Virus record (IMG/VR): IMGVR_UViG_3300030372_003518
DNA: 64,000 nucleotides
Source of the DNA: an uncultured virus (IMG/VR IMGVR_UViG_3300030372_003518)
Lineage: Duplodnaviria > Heunggongvirae > Uroviricota > Caudoviricetes
Reading direction: 5' to 3' (one strand)
Positions 46,851-57,522 of this stretch are shown one piece after another. Every line of letters starts with the position of its first letter. Position 1 is the stretch's first letter. The position numbers and the translations under genes are program-made. The notes under the pieces were generated by a model that was given only the letters and a program-made list of their open reading frames with translations, had not been told where the DNA came from and did no database searches.

Positions 46851-47681
46851 TTACGAATTTTTTGCTAACGATTTTAAATGCTTAAACGACTCCAGCCCAT
46901 CATCACTTTGAAAGAACGATGCTATTATATACATAGGGTCTTCACCATAAGGCACATTACACATTTTCTTTTTGTTAGACGGGGTATTAAACCACACTTC
47001 ACGTTTTTGATTTCTTAACTGCAATAAACCTTTGTCTATTATGTTTTGAATAGAAGCATTAAGTTTAAGCATTGGGTCTTTAAGTAATCTCATAAACCCA
47101 CCAGGGTCTCTTTTTGCAAAGATTAATATATCACGTCTTAATTCAGATGTAGTTACAGTGGTAATATCTCTTTGAAATAAAACTCTAGCTACATTTTCTA
47201 CTTGCTCTACATCTAATTGTCTAGCTTCAATTAATGCGTCAACCTCTGTATTAAGGTCACTCACTATTTCAGCCGCTTCTTTAGCCTTGTTTATTTCAAC
47301 AAAAATTCTCCCATTACCTGGGTGTAAAGCTAAAAATTGCTGTAGGACTTGGTTGTTTTTAGGCACATACAAAAACCCATCTTCAAAAACGATAGGCTCT
47401 AAAATTGCATTATCATCTTGGTCGTCCTGAAAAGGAGAGTTTTGATTTCTTGCGTATCGCAGTGGTCTGTTAGTACCAGTTTCTTCGTCAAAGTGTAATA
47501 AAGGGAATCTGTTCGTGTGTCTTGACGCTAATATAAGCGATAAGGGAGCAGTTTCTCTAGTAAGTTTATATGATTTGTCTACGTATTTAGGAGTAGACTT
47601 TTTTGGTTGAGGCTTAGTTTTTTTCTTTTTTTTAACTACCTCTTTGGTTTCCTGTGTAGGAATATCTTTTTCTTTTTCCAT
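46851..47681 (-). CDS. hypothetical protein downstream of the capsid gene
   Basis: 276 aa; LRYARNQNSPF...IVFEDGFL. Confidence 0.75.
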   Translation of the reverse strand: MEKEKDIPTQETKEVVKKKKKTKPQPKKSTPKYVDKSYKLTRETAPLSLILASRHTNRFPLLHFDEETGTNRPLRYARNQNSPFQDDQDDNAILEPIVFEDGFLYVPKNNQVLQQFLALHPGNGRIFVEINKAKEAAEIVSDLNTEVDALIEARQLDVEQVENVARVLFQRDITTVTTSELRRDILIFAKRDPGGFMRLLKDPMLKLNASIQNIIDKGLLQLRNQKREVWFNTPSNKKKMCNVPYGEDPMYIIASFFQSDDGLESFKHLKSLAKNS

Positions 47682-47711
47682 TGTTATTTAATTTAATTTA
47701 ATTTAAAATTT

Positions 47712-47742
47712 AAAAATAGGAGCACATTGCTGTGCCCCTATT
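47712..47742 (-). terminator. terminator after the major capsid gene
   Basis: AATAGGAGCACA/TGTGCCCCTATT hairpin with U-run. Confidence 0.65.
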
Positions 47743-47752
47743 GAATTAAGTA

Positions 47753-49213
47753 TTAATCTTGAAATAAGAAGAAGTTGTTTGCACCTAAAGTACATACAGC
47801 TCTTTCACTCAAGAAGTTTACTTGCATGTTATCCACATCACTTGTCGCAGCACCACCAGCAGAACCAGTAATCCACGTTTTGTAACGTCTGTCTTCAGTT
47901 TCTGAAGCTCTATATCTAACATGTAAGAAAGGTCTTTTAGCGTTTTTACCAAGAATTTGGTCGTAAACACTTGTAGAACCAGCTGGAACTAATAGTCCAT
48001 TGATTTTACCAGAACCTGCACCTGATGGTAAACCACCTCTCATTGTAGGGTCGTTTAAGTATTTCCAATCAGTTTTGTAGAAGTCATAACCTCTTCTAAA
48101 TCCAGAAAACCCTAGATTTAAAGCCATTTCTTCGTCATTGTCAAATAGACCGTAAGAAGTACCACCCGCTCCATAAGAGTTTTGAGCAGCTAACATGTCG
48201 TCCATATCAAAAATGAATTGTCTGTTTGCGAAAATTACATTTTCTTCTATAGCTCCCTGCTTGTCTAATCTACTAATGATAGAGTCAAAATCTGCTAAAG
48301 TAGTTGGGTTACCACCATCCCAGATGTTTCCTCTTTGCGTAACTGCGTAGAAAATTCCATCAGAACCAGCACCTGGGTCTGCTGCCGCTTTGGCGCTACC
48401 TAAGATAGCAGCTGCACCTGAGTTTTGCTCAGCTGGTACAGTTTCAATCATTGCTGTTTCTAAATAATCATCAAATCTAAGTCTTGTTTCATGCTCAGAT
48501 TTTAAATACCAAAGGTATCCTGTAGCTCCATCTTCAGTAGTAATTTCTACCCATCCAATTTGAGCCATATCAGAACCAGATACATTGTAAGTATCTTTAA
48601 TGATAATAGGCTTGTTGTCAAAAATGAAGTCATTAGCTTCTAATGAACCTGTCATTCCTGCTGTACCTTTTTTAAATTCTGAACCGTAAATGAATACAGT
48701 AACATCTGCGTTACCTACGCCTGTTCCTGCTGTCACTAAACCACCTGCTTCGTAAAAGTCAGCGGTGAATTTTCCTGGTACAACCGAATTGTCGACTGCA
48801 CTAACCACTGCTTTGTTTGAACCAGAGCCATCATTTTGAACAACCATAATTGTTTGTCCTACTCTGATTACCTGCTCAGCAGCAGCTGGGTCTAATGCAT
48901 CATTTACTTGAAATTCTACTTGGTCATCTCCTGCGCCACCAGCGCTTCCCACACTTGTATATTTCGTGTGTAACCTACCTTGCTCTGCCCATTTGATAAG
49001 GTCTGAGTTTGTAGGCATCTCTGCTCCTACCATTCTAAGGAATGAGGAGATTGTTCTATTACCATATCTTTCGAATTCTTTTTCGTAAGTATCTGGTAAG
49101 TATTGATTTAACCAATCGAAATCCGCATTAGTTAAATAATTTTGAGCTGTTGGAGTTCTTTCTGAACTCGGTGTCAACGCATACGTTGGCGTTGATTTCA
49201 CTTGTCCTGCCAT
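47753..49213 (-). CDS. major capsid protein
   Basis: 486 aa following portal and scaffold; QYLPDTYEKEFERYGNR...WAEQGRLH; followed by a terminator. Confidence 0.85.
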   Translation of the reverse strand: MAGQVKSTPTYALTPSSERTPTAQNYLTNADFDWLNQYLPDTYEKEFERYGNRTISSFLRMVGAEMPTNSDLIKWAEQGRLHTKYTSVGSAGGAGDDQVEFQVNDALDPAAAEQVIRVGQTIMVVQNDGSGSNKAVVSAVDNSVVPGKFTADFYEAGGLVTAGTGVGNADVTVFIYGSEFKKGTAGMTGSLEANDFIFDNKPIIIKDTYNVSGSDMAQIGWVEITTEDGATGYLWYLKSEHETRLRFDDYLETAMIETVPAEQNSGAAAILGSAKAAADPGAGSDGIFYAVTQRGNIWDGGNPTTLADFDSIISRLDKQGAIEENVIFANRQFIFDMDDMLAAQNSYGAGGTSYGLFDNDEEMALNLGFSGFRRGYDFYKTDWKYLNDPTMRGGLPSGAGSGKINGLLVPAGSTSVYDQILGKNAKRPFLHVRYRASETEDRRYKTWITGSAGGAATSDVDNMQVNFLSERAVCTLGANNFFLFQD

Positions 49214-49240
49214 GATTTTATATTTATTTTAAAATTATTA

Positions 49241-50428
49241 TTAAGTTTTCTTTATACTCTTTATTTTCAATCCTCGGCTTGAAGGCTGAGAGACTGACTT
49301 AACTTGAAATCCTGATTTTACAGAAACCTCTGGAGCATTACGTTCTGTCATATTGACGTTTTTAGTTTTACGTATTACTTCATCTGTTGCCTGCGACTTG
49401 CCTTGTTCATAAAAAAACTGAGCAAATTTTTCAGGATTCATTGCGAGAGCTAAAGCCTTGTGGTAACCTTCTGCATCTTTTATAAAACCGTTGCTGTCCA
49501 AATATTTATTAATTAAATTTAATGGAGTGGCGTTAGTTTTTTTAATTTCCGCAGCTGTACCGGGGGAATAAACCATCTCATCTTCTCCTATTTTGAATTT
49601 AAAACCTTTAAACTCAGGAGTGAATAATTCGTCGCTTTTTTTGACAAACCATTCCCTTTTTTGAGATGCTTGTTCCTGCTGGGTTTTAGCATTCTCTAAA
49701 TATTGCCTATACTCAATAAGTTCTTGGTTATTAGCAGTGGCAGAACTTTCTCTTGACTCAAGAGGCTGTTTGTATTGTTGCTGCTGTTGTTTTAAAAACT
49801 TTCTTGCCTTAGCAATCTCTTTTTTCTTTGCTAGCTTTATTTTTTTTATCTCCGCTGGTTCATGTACTTCTTCATCAAAAGTAAACTCTTCCATCAAAGA
49901 ATCAATATCATCAGAATCTAAACCTTCTTCTGTTATTGTTAAATATTCTCTAAGCAAAGCGTCTGGCGAATAGTCTGAATAATCTTGCTGTAAACGAGCG
50001 TAATCATTCATTCCTCTTCCAGTTTCTTGTTTATATTTTAGGTAAGCCGCTACGTCTTTAGGCAAATCTTCTGCCTCCTCACGTTTGCTAATTAACTCAT
50101 CCATTGAGTTAACTTCCTTACCATACCTTTTTTCAATAAATGAAAGAACATCTTCTTCATTAACCTCGGGTGGCTGTGTAAGCGCCGGAGGCTCTTCTTC
50201 AACTGGAGGCGTTTCAGCCTCTTCTTTTATTTCCTCTTGTACTCCCTCCTCTTCTTTTATATCTTCCTGTACATCTTCCTGTACTTTTTCTTCCTCTTTC
50301 ACCTGCTCAGCCTCAACAGGCTGTTCAGTAGCTTCTTGTTTTTGCTCGTGCTTTTCTAAAAGCTCTTGCTCTATTTGTTGAGTAGATTTCTCTTCTACAT
50401 CAGTTACTTCTCTTACTTTTATATCCAT
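49241..50428 (-). CDS. capsid scaffolding protein
   Basis: Acidic coiled coil between portal and capsid genes. Confidence 0.7.
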   Translation of the reverse strand: MDIKVREVTDVEEKSTQQIEQELLEKHEQKQEATEQPVEAEQVKEEEKVQEDVQEDIKEEEGVQEEIKEEAETPPVEEEPPALTQPPEVNEEDVLSFIEKRYGKEVNSMDELISKREEAEDLPKDVAAYLKYKQETGRGMNDYARLQQDYSDYSPDALLREYLTITEEGLDSDDIDSLMEEFTFDEEVHEPAEIKKIKLAKKKEIAKARKFLKQQQQQYKQPLESRESSATANNQELIEYRQYLENAKTQQEQASQKREWFVKKSDELFTPEFKGFKFKIGEDEMVYSPGTAAEIKKTNATPLNLINKYLDSNGFIKDAEGYHKALALAMNPEKFAQFFYEQGKSQATDEVIRKTKNVNMTERNAPEVSVKSGFQVKSVSQPSSRGLKIKSIKKT

Positions 50429-50476
50429 TTGATTTGATTTAATTTATTTTGCAAAGTTACGTAAAATATAGACACA

Positions 50477-52912
50477 CTATCTAGGCTCAAATTCAGCTAA
50501 GTCAAACCCATCTAAAGAATCTTCGTTAGACTCAAAGTTTTTAGGAGGTAAATTGTTTTTACGCTGATTTATTAACTCAGATTGTTGTGTATTTTGTTGA
50601 CTAATTCTATCGCTTTTAGCTTTTTCTTTTTCATCTTCCCTGCCACTAATTTGCGATTGAGTTAGTCCTTGTAGTTGAAGGTTATATTGAAACTCCTGCG
50701 CCATTAATTGAGATTTTAATTGAGCTTCTGTTTTTTGTTTTTCAATTTCAAAAGCTATATCTGCCTGTCTATACTTCATTTTAGCTTGAGTTTCCATTTC
50801 TATTTTTTGTGCAGCTACTTGAGCAGCCATTTGTTGAGACTGTAATTGTTGTTGAGATATCACCGCTTGCTTTTGAAGCTCTCTCTTTTCATCAGCCTCT
50901 TCTTTAGCTTTTCGTTTTACTTTTAATAATTGATTAGCTAATTTTAAATTCTTTATCTCTCTTATATCAATAGCGTCTTCCAAGTTAATATCCCCTTTGG
51001 ATAAAGCCATTTGTATGTTCTGTTCAAGCATAGCTTTTTGCTCTTCATCAGGAGAAAGTTCAATAAATATTCCAAAATCATAAATATATAGCTGTGCTAT
51101 ATCTCCAAGTATACTTACATTATATTTACCAATTTTATTTATAAAATCTTCTTTAAAGTCAGAATATTCTAATACATCTGCTACCCTATAAGTCAGCGCT
51201 TCTGCTAACGTTCTATATATGTAAAGACTTCCATCTAATATATGACGGGTAGCAGTGTTAGAACTTAATGCAGCTAATTTTTGAACACCTACTAAGGCGT
51301 CTGAATTAGCAATTGTTCCATCTCTGGCTTCATTTAAGCCGGTTACAGCTCGAATCATGTCTAAGTAGTGGTTAAGGTTTGCTATAAGCATTTGTGTCTT
51401 AGAAGCCCCTGAATTGCTTGTGAGCTGTTGTATAGGAACTTTACCTTGGTTATAATCTCCTTCCTGCGTATAACTTCTACCAATTACACTACCAGTTTGG
51501 AAATATAATCTTAATGCGTCTTGCGGATTATACGCCGCACCTGTTCCTAAATCTACTTCGTTTAAACCATCTGCATCAATATATACTCCATCTGGAACTG
51601 TTCTAGCTATTACTTGTTGAAGTTTTAAATGAGTCATTTGGATTAAGTCAGCATAAGGAATCATTCTCCTTACTAAAGACTCCACTACACCTTTGTACAT
51701 TCTAGGCGCAACTGCAACATAATTTGGTATTGCATGCTGAGAAGCTGACTTAGGTCTTACCATGTTTTTAGCAAGCTCCCACTTAAGTATAATGTTAGTC
51801 CCCATTACCATCACACCTTCATACCACACGTCTATCGTTTTTTCAATTTTTTCAAAATTTCCTTCTTCCATCATTTCTTCTGGAGGATTAAATCCATCAT
51901 CTTTTTCTATCATCTTCATATTACCATTATCGGAAACTTTCTTTTTGTAAACTATTTTTTTAGTTGTCTTATAATTAAAATACATTAACGTACATGTATC
52001 TCTGTAAAAAATATCGTTTTCATAAAACTGTGCTACATTAAAATAGTTAAACCAAGTTTGGCTGTACTTTGATATTTTATCTAAATCTTCTCTGGTTAAT
52101 GTAGGGTCTATTTTATTAAGCTCTGTAATTGGAACAGTTTTAATTTCACCCCAATAAAAACAATCTTTAAAGTGAGGGTCTTCTGTATAGCTATATACAA
52201 TATTTGCTGGGTCAACATAAGATATATCTACTCCTGCGCCTGGTAAAAATTCATGTTTAGCTACCGCCATTCCTGTTACCATTATATCGTAATCTAACCT
52301 TTTGCGTATATCATCATAGTGGTTTTCTGCAAACATTGTGTCAATAGCTTCTTCTTCCGCAATTTCAATAGCAGGCTTGTAGTTTAAGTTCATATAAAGA
52401 CTTAACTCTTCATCGCTTGCAGGTAATTCATCGGGATTCATAATAAAAGGGTCAAAGCCTGTCCCTTCTTGAATAACGCTTAACACATCCTTAGCCGCCA
52501 TCTGCCCCTCAATCATTTCTTGATATTTATTTCTTTTAGATTGAGACAAGGCGTCTTGAGCATAGGCGTTTACTTTAAAAAGCCTGTCAGACATTCCGTT
52601 TACCACTATATCAACAAATTTTGGAATTATAGGCACAGGTGTCCAATCTAAATTTAGATAAGATAAATCCCCATCCACAGCTAGCTCATTTTTATATTTA
52701 GCTATAGACTGTTCGCCTCTTGCATAGAGTCTTAATCTATTAAAATCTCTCCATTGTTGATAATACCTACAACCAGTAGAATCTTTTCTAAACCATTCGT
52801 ATTGTATTGCTTGTCCAATTTGTAATCCAAACTCGTAAGTTTCCTTTTCTGCGTCTGAGACAAATTGACTAGGAAATCCTACAGATGAAATATTTATTGT
52901 AACTTCTTTCAT
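50477..52912 (-). CDS. portal protein
   Basis: 811 aa after terminase; NLDWTPVPIIPKFVDIVVNG; TGLNEARDG; Q-rich C-terminus. Confidence 0.85.
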   Translation of the reverse strand: MKEVTINISSVGFPSQFVSDAEKETYEFGLQIGQAIQYEWFRKDSTGCRYYQQWRDFNRLRLYARGEQSIAKYKNELAVDGDLSYLNLDWTPVPIIPKFVDIVVNGMSDRLFKVNAYAQDALSQSKRNKYQEMIEGQMAAKDVLSVIQEGTGFDPFIMNPDELPASDEELSLYMNLNYKPAIEIAEEEAIDTMFAENHYDDIRKRLDYDIMVTGMAVAKHEFLPGAGVDISYVDPANIVYSYTEDPHFKDCFYWGEIKTVPITELNKIDPTLTREDLDKISKYSQTWFNYFNVAQFYENDIFYRDTCTLMYFNYKTTKKIVYKKKVSDNGNMKMIEKDDGFNPPEEMMEEGNFEKIEKTIDVWYEGVMVMGTNIILKWELAKNMVRPKSASQHAIPNYVAVAPRMYKGVVESLVRRMIPYADLIQMTHLKLQQVIARTVPDGVYIDADGLNEVDLGTGAAYNPQDALRLYFQTGSVIGRSYTQEGDYNQGKVPIQQLTSNSGASKTQMLIANLNHYLDMIRAVTGLNEARDGTIANSDALVGVQKLAALSSNTATRHILDGSLYIYRTLAEALTYRVADVLEYSDFKEDFINKIGKYNVSILGDIAQLYIYDFGIFIELSPDEEQKAMLEQNIQMALSKGDINLEDAIDIREIKNLKLANQLLKVKRKAKEEADEKRELQKQAVISQQQLQSQQMAAQVAAQKIEMETQAKMKYRQADIAFEIEKQKTEAQLKSQLMAQEFQYNLQLQGLTQSQISGREDEKEKAKSDRISQQNTQQSELINQRKNNLPPKNFESNEDSLDGFDLAEFEPR

Positions 52913-55155
52913 CTCATTAATTCACTTAAAATTCCTTTATTATTATATGTTGCAAAGTTAAGGTTTATTTTTGATTGTTTTTGTTCAGGTAAATATAAAT
53001 TCTTTTGATTTGCCATTATCGCTAAGCCTGAACTAATACTTGCATCATATTTAGTTCTACTGCTTATATCAAACCGTGCCCAATCTTCTAAAGTCCTTGT
53101 GAAATACATAGAGCCCATCTCCCCTATAGGTCTATATGTAGCATCTAAATCTATGCCTACATATTTTTCTATATAAGATTCTACAGCAGAGGCATGTGAC
53201 TGCTTTACATCTTCAGAAGTGTTAGGTATTCCTCCTAATTCTTTTTCCGTTTTAGATAATTTATTATAATGTTTATCAGGCCTGTTCATACAAAAACCTC
53301 TATATCCTCTATTTTTAAAATGATAAAGCAATCTAGGTTTATTGTTTTCTACAAGTATTGGCATACTATAAAACACACAAGCCATTAATACTTCTTCAAA
53401 AAATATCTCAGCTGTTTGAGGTCGTGCTACATATTCTAAAAAAAACTCATTACTTGGCGCTTCCTCCATGCTAAATTTAGTCAATCCATGCAAAGCACCG
53501 TTAGAACCTCCACCACCTACTGTTCCTGATATGTCATAAGAGTCACATCCAAATGCCCCTATATGTTCGTTAACAGGAAAATACATCCCGTGTTTTTGTA
53601 TTTTTTTATTAGTTAATATTTTTTTAGGAGTCCACGTTATTTTAAATCTTCCCCTAGAATCTGGTGTCCAAATTACCTCTGAATCTTTTTGTCCATTTTT
53701 CCAGTAAAACCTTCCTCTTGTTACGTGATGCTCCATAATAAGAGAGTCATTATAATCTATTTGACTGTATATCTTAGTTAAATTAAACAGCGATGACTGA
53801 CTCTCATCTCTAAATGCGTGAGACTCAGTTCTAGGAAACTGTCTATAATATTCATTAAGTGCATCTGCATCTTTTTTTAAAGACTCTACTTCTGCTTCCC
53901 AATAATCTATCGCTCCCACGGTAATCATTTCATCATCAACCCCTAATACCGGTTTCTCAGGAGTTCTAAAAACAGGCATTCCATATTTATCTATAAAACC
54001 TTCCATGTTCCATTCCATAGGAATAAACAAAGAATATAAACCGCTTTTAGTTTGTCCATTTGCATTACGGTTAGCTATATTAGAATCTTCAAATAGTTTC
54101 TTAAAATTATCACCACCCTTACTTAGCGCATTAGAGGTAGAGCCCATCATACATTTTCCAATTATTTTACTTCCAAGTCTCAAACACGTTTTAGTTACCC
54201 TCCAGTTGTTTTGAATATTGTTGGGTTTTATCCATTTACCAGATTCATCGTGAACTAATAATAATAACTTCTCTCCATCATAAGAGTTGTCGTCAGTATT
54301 TTTCCAGTCAATGGTGGTATCTAGCCCTGTTAATTCTTCGTCTACTTCATCATACATATTTTTTTTAGTAATCTTAGAAGCTGGAACTCTAAACGCTAGT
54401 TCTGTTTTAGGTTTATCCATCCCGTCCTGAATAGGTTTAAAAAAGAAAGGAAGCCTATTAGCAATAGGCACAACTTTATCAGTAAACATTTTTTTTGCAT
54501 CCGCTCCTGTTTTAGACAAAATACCTACTCTTGAATCTCTAACTAATGTTCCTGTGTTTATACATTCAGAAGACCCCATAAAAGAAAATCCAGAACGTCT
54601 TATTTTTAAATAGTCTAAACCAAAACATCTTTTGTCCGCTTTACACGCTTCCCAATAAATAAAAAATATTCTATTAGCTTCTCTAAAATCAGGATATCCA
54701 ACATCAATACTTGTCCACTGTAAATACATATAATGAGAGCCGGTTATATAGGTAGGTTTGCCATTATTATAAAACCAAAAACCAAACTCTCTTTTATCAA
54801 ACTCTGCTTCTATGTAATCCACCCATTTAGATTTAAACTGAGGAGGGTGTTCGTTCCACTGAAATATAGAATTAATTCTACCAAGCTCTCTTGGAAGCTC
54901 ATCTCTTTCCCAGTATTGTTTTTCTTTTTTATCGGAACGTTTATAAGCATCTTTAGGAATAGGGGGCAATCCAATGGCTAATCCATTAACATTTATTATC
55001 TCTCCTACTTGTCCACTTTTAGAGATTACTACAAAATCATATTTTTCGTTATACCCGTATAGCCAAGTGCGAGCTCGATTCTTTTTAGTAAAAACAGCTT
55101 TAGGCACATAATCTTTAATTACGTGATATAAATTATTTTGAGCGTCTTTCTGCAA
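52909..55155 (-). CDS. terL: terminase large subunit
   Basis: KIRRSGFS Walker A; LLVHDESGK Walker B; GST; FGCDSYD nuclease; ILVENN. Confidence 0.92.
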   Translation of the reverse strand: MQKDAQNNLYHVIKDYVPKAVFTKKNRARTWLYGYNEKYDFVVISKSGQVGEIINVNGLAIGLPPIPKDAYKRSDKKEKQYWERDELPRELGRINSIFQWNEHPPQFKSKWVDYIEAEFDKREFGFWFYNNGKPTYITGSHYMYLQWTSIDVGYPDFREANRIFFIYWEACKADKRCFGLDYLKIRRSGFSFMGSSECINTGTLVRDSRVGILSKTGADAKKMFTDKVVPIANRLPFFFKPIQDGMDKPKTELAFRVPASKITKKNMYDEVDEELTGLDTTIDWKNTDDNSYDGEKLLLLVHDESGKWIKPNNIQNNWRVTKTCLRLGSKIIGKCMMGSTSNALSKGGDNFKKLFEDSNIANRNANGQTKSGLYSLFIPMEWNMEGFIDKYGMPVFRTPEKPVLGVDDEMITVGAIDYWEAEVESLKKDADALNEYYRQFPRTESHAFRDESQSSLFNLTKIYSQIDYNDSLIMEHHVTRGRFYWKNGQKDSEVIWTPDSRGRFKITWTPKKILTNKKIQKHGMYFPVNEHIGAFGCDSYDISGTVGGGGSNGALHGLTKFSMEEAPSNEFFLEYVARPQTAEIFFEEVLMACVFYSMPILVENNKPRLLYHFKNRGYRGFCMNRPDKHYNKLSKTEKELGGIPNTSEDVKQSHASAVESYIEKYVGIDLDATYRPIGEMGSMYFTRTLEDWARFDISSRTKYDASISSGLAIMANQKNLYLPEQKQSKINLNFATYNNKGILSELMR

Positions 55156-55411
55156 ATCCTTGTTTTGTATTAGTTTTTTCTATTTTATCTCCTGATTCTA
55201 AAACCTCTTCTTCTGCATCTATCTTATTAAGTATATCAAAGGCATCAAATATAGCCAGCTTCTTTGTGGCTGCTGCATTTTTTAATCTATCAGCTGCCAG
55301 CTCATCTTCTGGGTCAGGTTTAATTATATCTTCTTTAGCTACCTTTATTAATTGCTCTACTGCTCTTCGACCTGCTTGAATAATACTTTTTTTTAATTCT
55401 TCTGAGTTCAT
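55133..55411 (-). CDS. putative terminase small subunit
   Basis: Helical 92 aa ORF overlapping the terL start. Confidence 0.55.
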   Translation of the reverse strand: MNSEELKKSIIQAGRRAVEQLIKVAKEDIIKPDPEDELAADRLKNAAATKKLAIFDAFDILNKIDAEEEVLESGDKIEKTNTKQGFAERRSK

Positions 55412-55971
55412 AGTTTTAATGTTATTTGATGGTCATACATACGATATAATTTTTCATCATCTACAGTAAACTCATATTCACTGTCGGGTTTAAAACAAAT
55501 TCTATCTCCCTTTTCAACTCCTTTAGAAGATAAGTATTTATTAGGGTATTTCATAATTCCTATCAAAGGTTCTTCTGTTCCTAGTTTAGATACAAAAGAT
55601 TCTTCTTTAGGTATAGGTTTTACAAAACAATACCTATCATGACAATACCACTCACCTTTGTGCTTATACATAAAGAACTGGTCGTTTTCAATAAAAAATA
55701 AATTGTCTTTAAAAAAACTCTTTCCGCTTTTTTGTCTTCCTTTCATATCGTTGTAAAACTTAAACACGTTATGATGAACCAAAAGAATGTCTCCTTTTTC
55801 TATTTGCCCGTTATATCCTATTGGAGTAGATACCACTTCTGCTTCTCTGTTAGAAGCTTTATGGTTTTCTTCTGAGGTGCTGGTTATAATTTCCATTCCT
55901 TCTATGGTCTTAGTATTTTTATAACGCTTATCATCTACAGGTTTAACGATAAAATAAAAAGGTGACTTCAT
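55408..55971 (-). CDS. tandem GroES-like co-chaperonin
   Basis: Two repeats of (F)IVKP...(E)KGD(I/R)(L/I) Cpn10-like pattern. Confidence 0.55.
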   Translation of the reverse strand: MKSPFYFIVKPVDDKRYKNTKTIEGMEIITSTSEENHKASNREAEVVSTPIGYNGQIEKGDILLVHHNVFKFYNDMKGRQKSGKSFFKDNLFFIENDQFFMYKHKGEWYCHDRYCFVKPIPKEESFVSKLGTEEPLIGIMKYPNKYLSSKGVEKGDRICFKPDSEYEFTVDDEKLYRMYDHQITLKL

Positions 55972-56195
55972 TAAAAATTTATATTATATTCTATTGAGAC
56001 TGGCATATTTGAATTAAACTCTTTCCATAATAGTATTTCATCATTTTGCTGTATCCATATTTTTACACTATTAGACTGTTGCACATATTGAATAAGATGA
56101 ATAGTGTATTTTCCTCCTAATACTTCTTGCCCTACTATGTAGTGCATAGCATCCGACTTATAGTTAGAGCCTATAGAGATTTTTCTTATATCCAT
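55971..56195 (-). CDS. hypothetical protein
   Basis: IRKISIGSNYKSDAMHYIVGQ. Confidence 0.75.
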   Translation of the reverse strand: MDIRKISIGSNYKSDAMHYIVGQEVLGGKYTIHLIQYVQQSNSVKIWIQQNDEILLWKEFNSNMPVSIEYNINF

Positions 56196-56233
56196 TGTAT
56201 TAGATTAAATTTAACTACAAAGATATAAATTAT

Positions 56234-56371
56234 TTATCTGCCCTGACCTTTGTATCTTTTAAGATAATTTTTAGAAGATTTAAGTTTAGAAGATTTGGTT
56301 TTAGCATGAACACCCGGTCTTCTTTTTTTAGGCTTTTCTAAATAAACAAAAAGAATGTTTCTTCTAGCCAT
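56234..56371 (-). CDS. small basic protein (45 aa)
   Basis: Hand-translated ...RPGVHAKTKSSKLKSSKNYLKRYKGQGR. Confidence 0.6.
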   Translation of the reverse strand: MARRNILFVYLEKPKKRRPGVHAKTKSSKLKSSKNYLKRYKGQGR

Positions 56372-56829
56372 TATTTTTGTTGAATAGTCTTAAACTTCTC
56401 CGCTCCCCTCGAACCGAAGTATGCTACATAGACGGTAATAAGCAAGCTTTTCAGCAAATCAACCCAACCGCTATCTACATCAAACTCCAAACCTGTGCTA
56501 TCAATAAAGATTAGCAAGACCATAGATATAGTTAAGAATATTAACGCCATTGGACGAGTGTTCTTGGACATCCAAGAATCCGACTTCATGTCGCTTGCCC
56601 ATCTTTTAGAAACTTCCTGCATCTCTACAGTGTCTTGCTCTAAAAGCTTGAGAGCTTTCTCCTTGTCCTCCGGCGGGAGCTCAGGGTCTTTTTTAATGAG
56701 GTTTTTAACAACTCCCATTATCCCTCTATCTGGCAATACATCTCCCATATTGGAAATGATTCCAGAGCCTGCTCCTAATAAAAATTTACCTACCGCTGTG
56801 TCTTTTAACTTTTTCTTTTCTTTACCCAT
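56371..56829 (-). CDS. holin-like membrane protein
   Basis: SDSWMSKNTRP plus two TM helices ending AYFGSRGAEK; next to the endolysin. Confidence 0.75.
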   Translation of the reverse strand: MGKEKKKLKDTAVGKFLLGAGSGIISNMGDVLPDRGIMGVVKNLIKKDPELPPEDKEKALKLLEQDTVEMQEVSKRWASDMKSDSWMSKNTRPMALIFLTISMVLLIFIDSTGLEFDVDSGWVDLLKSLLITVYVAYFGSRGAEKFKTIQQK

Positions 56830-56921
56830 TTGATTTTTTTTGTTTTTCTTCCGGCTGCTTGCTTGTACCCATTAAGCACATAGCGCCTAGCCATTTTCTC
56901 TATTCTTTTTAAACCCATACA

Positions 56922-57383
56922 TTAAATTTGCTCGTAGTGTGTTTTGCCGTTTTTCTTATACGCTTTTAAACACCTACCCCTGTTTTCGTTGTTATTAACA
57001 TAAGAGACATGCACCCAATCAGGGTTTTTCTTGTCACCAAACTCCCATATCAACTGGTCAAAGTTAAGGTTATTCTTTATATAGTCAAACATTTGTGCGT
57101 TAGTTTTATGCCCATACGTGTCATCTATATCTATAGCTTTTCCTTGACAATGCTGTGAACGCTCACTTCCTCCTATAGCAGAATTTAATTCTTTACATCT
57201 AAAAAATGAATTTATTTTAATTGGGCCTCCTACCCATTCTCTTAATGGTTCAAAGATTGCTTGAGCAATAGTTCTCATATTTCCAAGCTCATAAGCATCA
57301 GGATTGTTGTCTATGTTTAATCGTAAAGCAGTGTTGGATTTTATCCCTTCTTTAAATGATATGTGTTCACTTATTTTTTCCAT
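56922..57383 (-). CDS. endolysin, peptidase M15 family
   Basis: SFFR...NSAIGG...SQHCQGKAIDI...WVHVSY. Confidence 0.9.
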   Translation of the reverse strand: MEKISEHISFKEGIKSNTALRLNIDNNPDAYELGNMRTIAQAIFEPLREWVGGPIKINSFFRCKELNSAIGGSERSQHCQGKAIDIDDTYGHKTNAQMFDYIKNNLNFDQLIWEFGDKKNPDWVHVSYVNNNENRGRCLKAYKKNGKTHYEQI

Positions 57384-57522
57384 TTTCCAGTAGTTGCCAA
57401 ATTTTGATTACTGTATAGATTAAGGTGGCTATAATTAATAAGCCTTGTAGAACCTGATTTATTTCTGACACACTTATCACGTAAACAATAACTCCCAGAA
57501 ATGTAGGTTCAAAATCTGACAT
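57367..57522 (-). CDS. small holin-like membrane protein (51 aa)
   Basis: Hand-translated; two hydrophobic segments; immediately upstream of the endolysin. Confidence 0.55.
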   Translation of the reverse strand: MSDFEPTFLGVIVYVISVSEINQVLQGLLIIATLIYTVIKIWQLLENGKNK

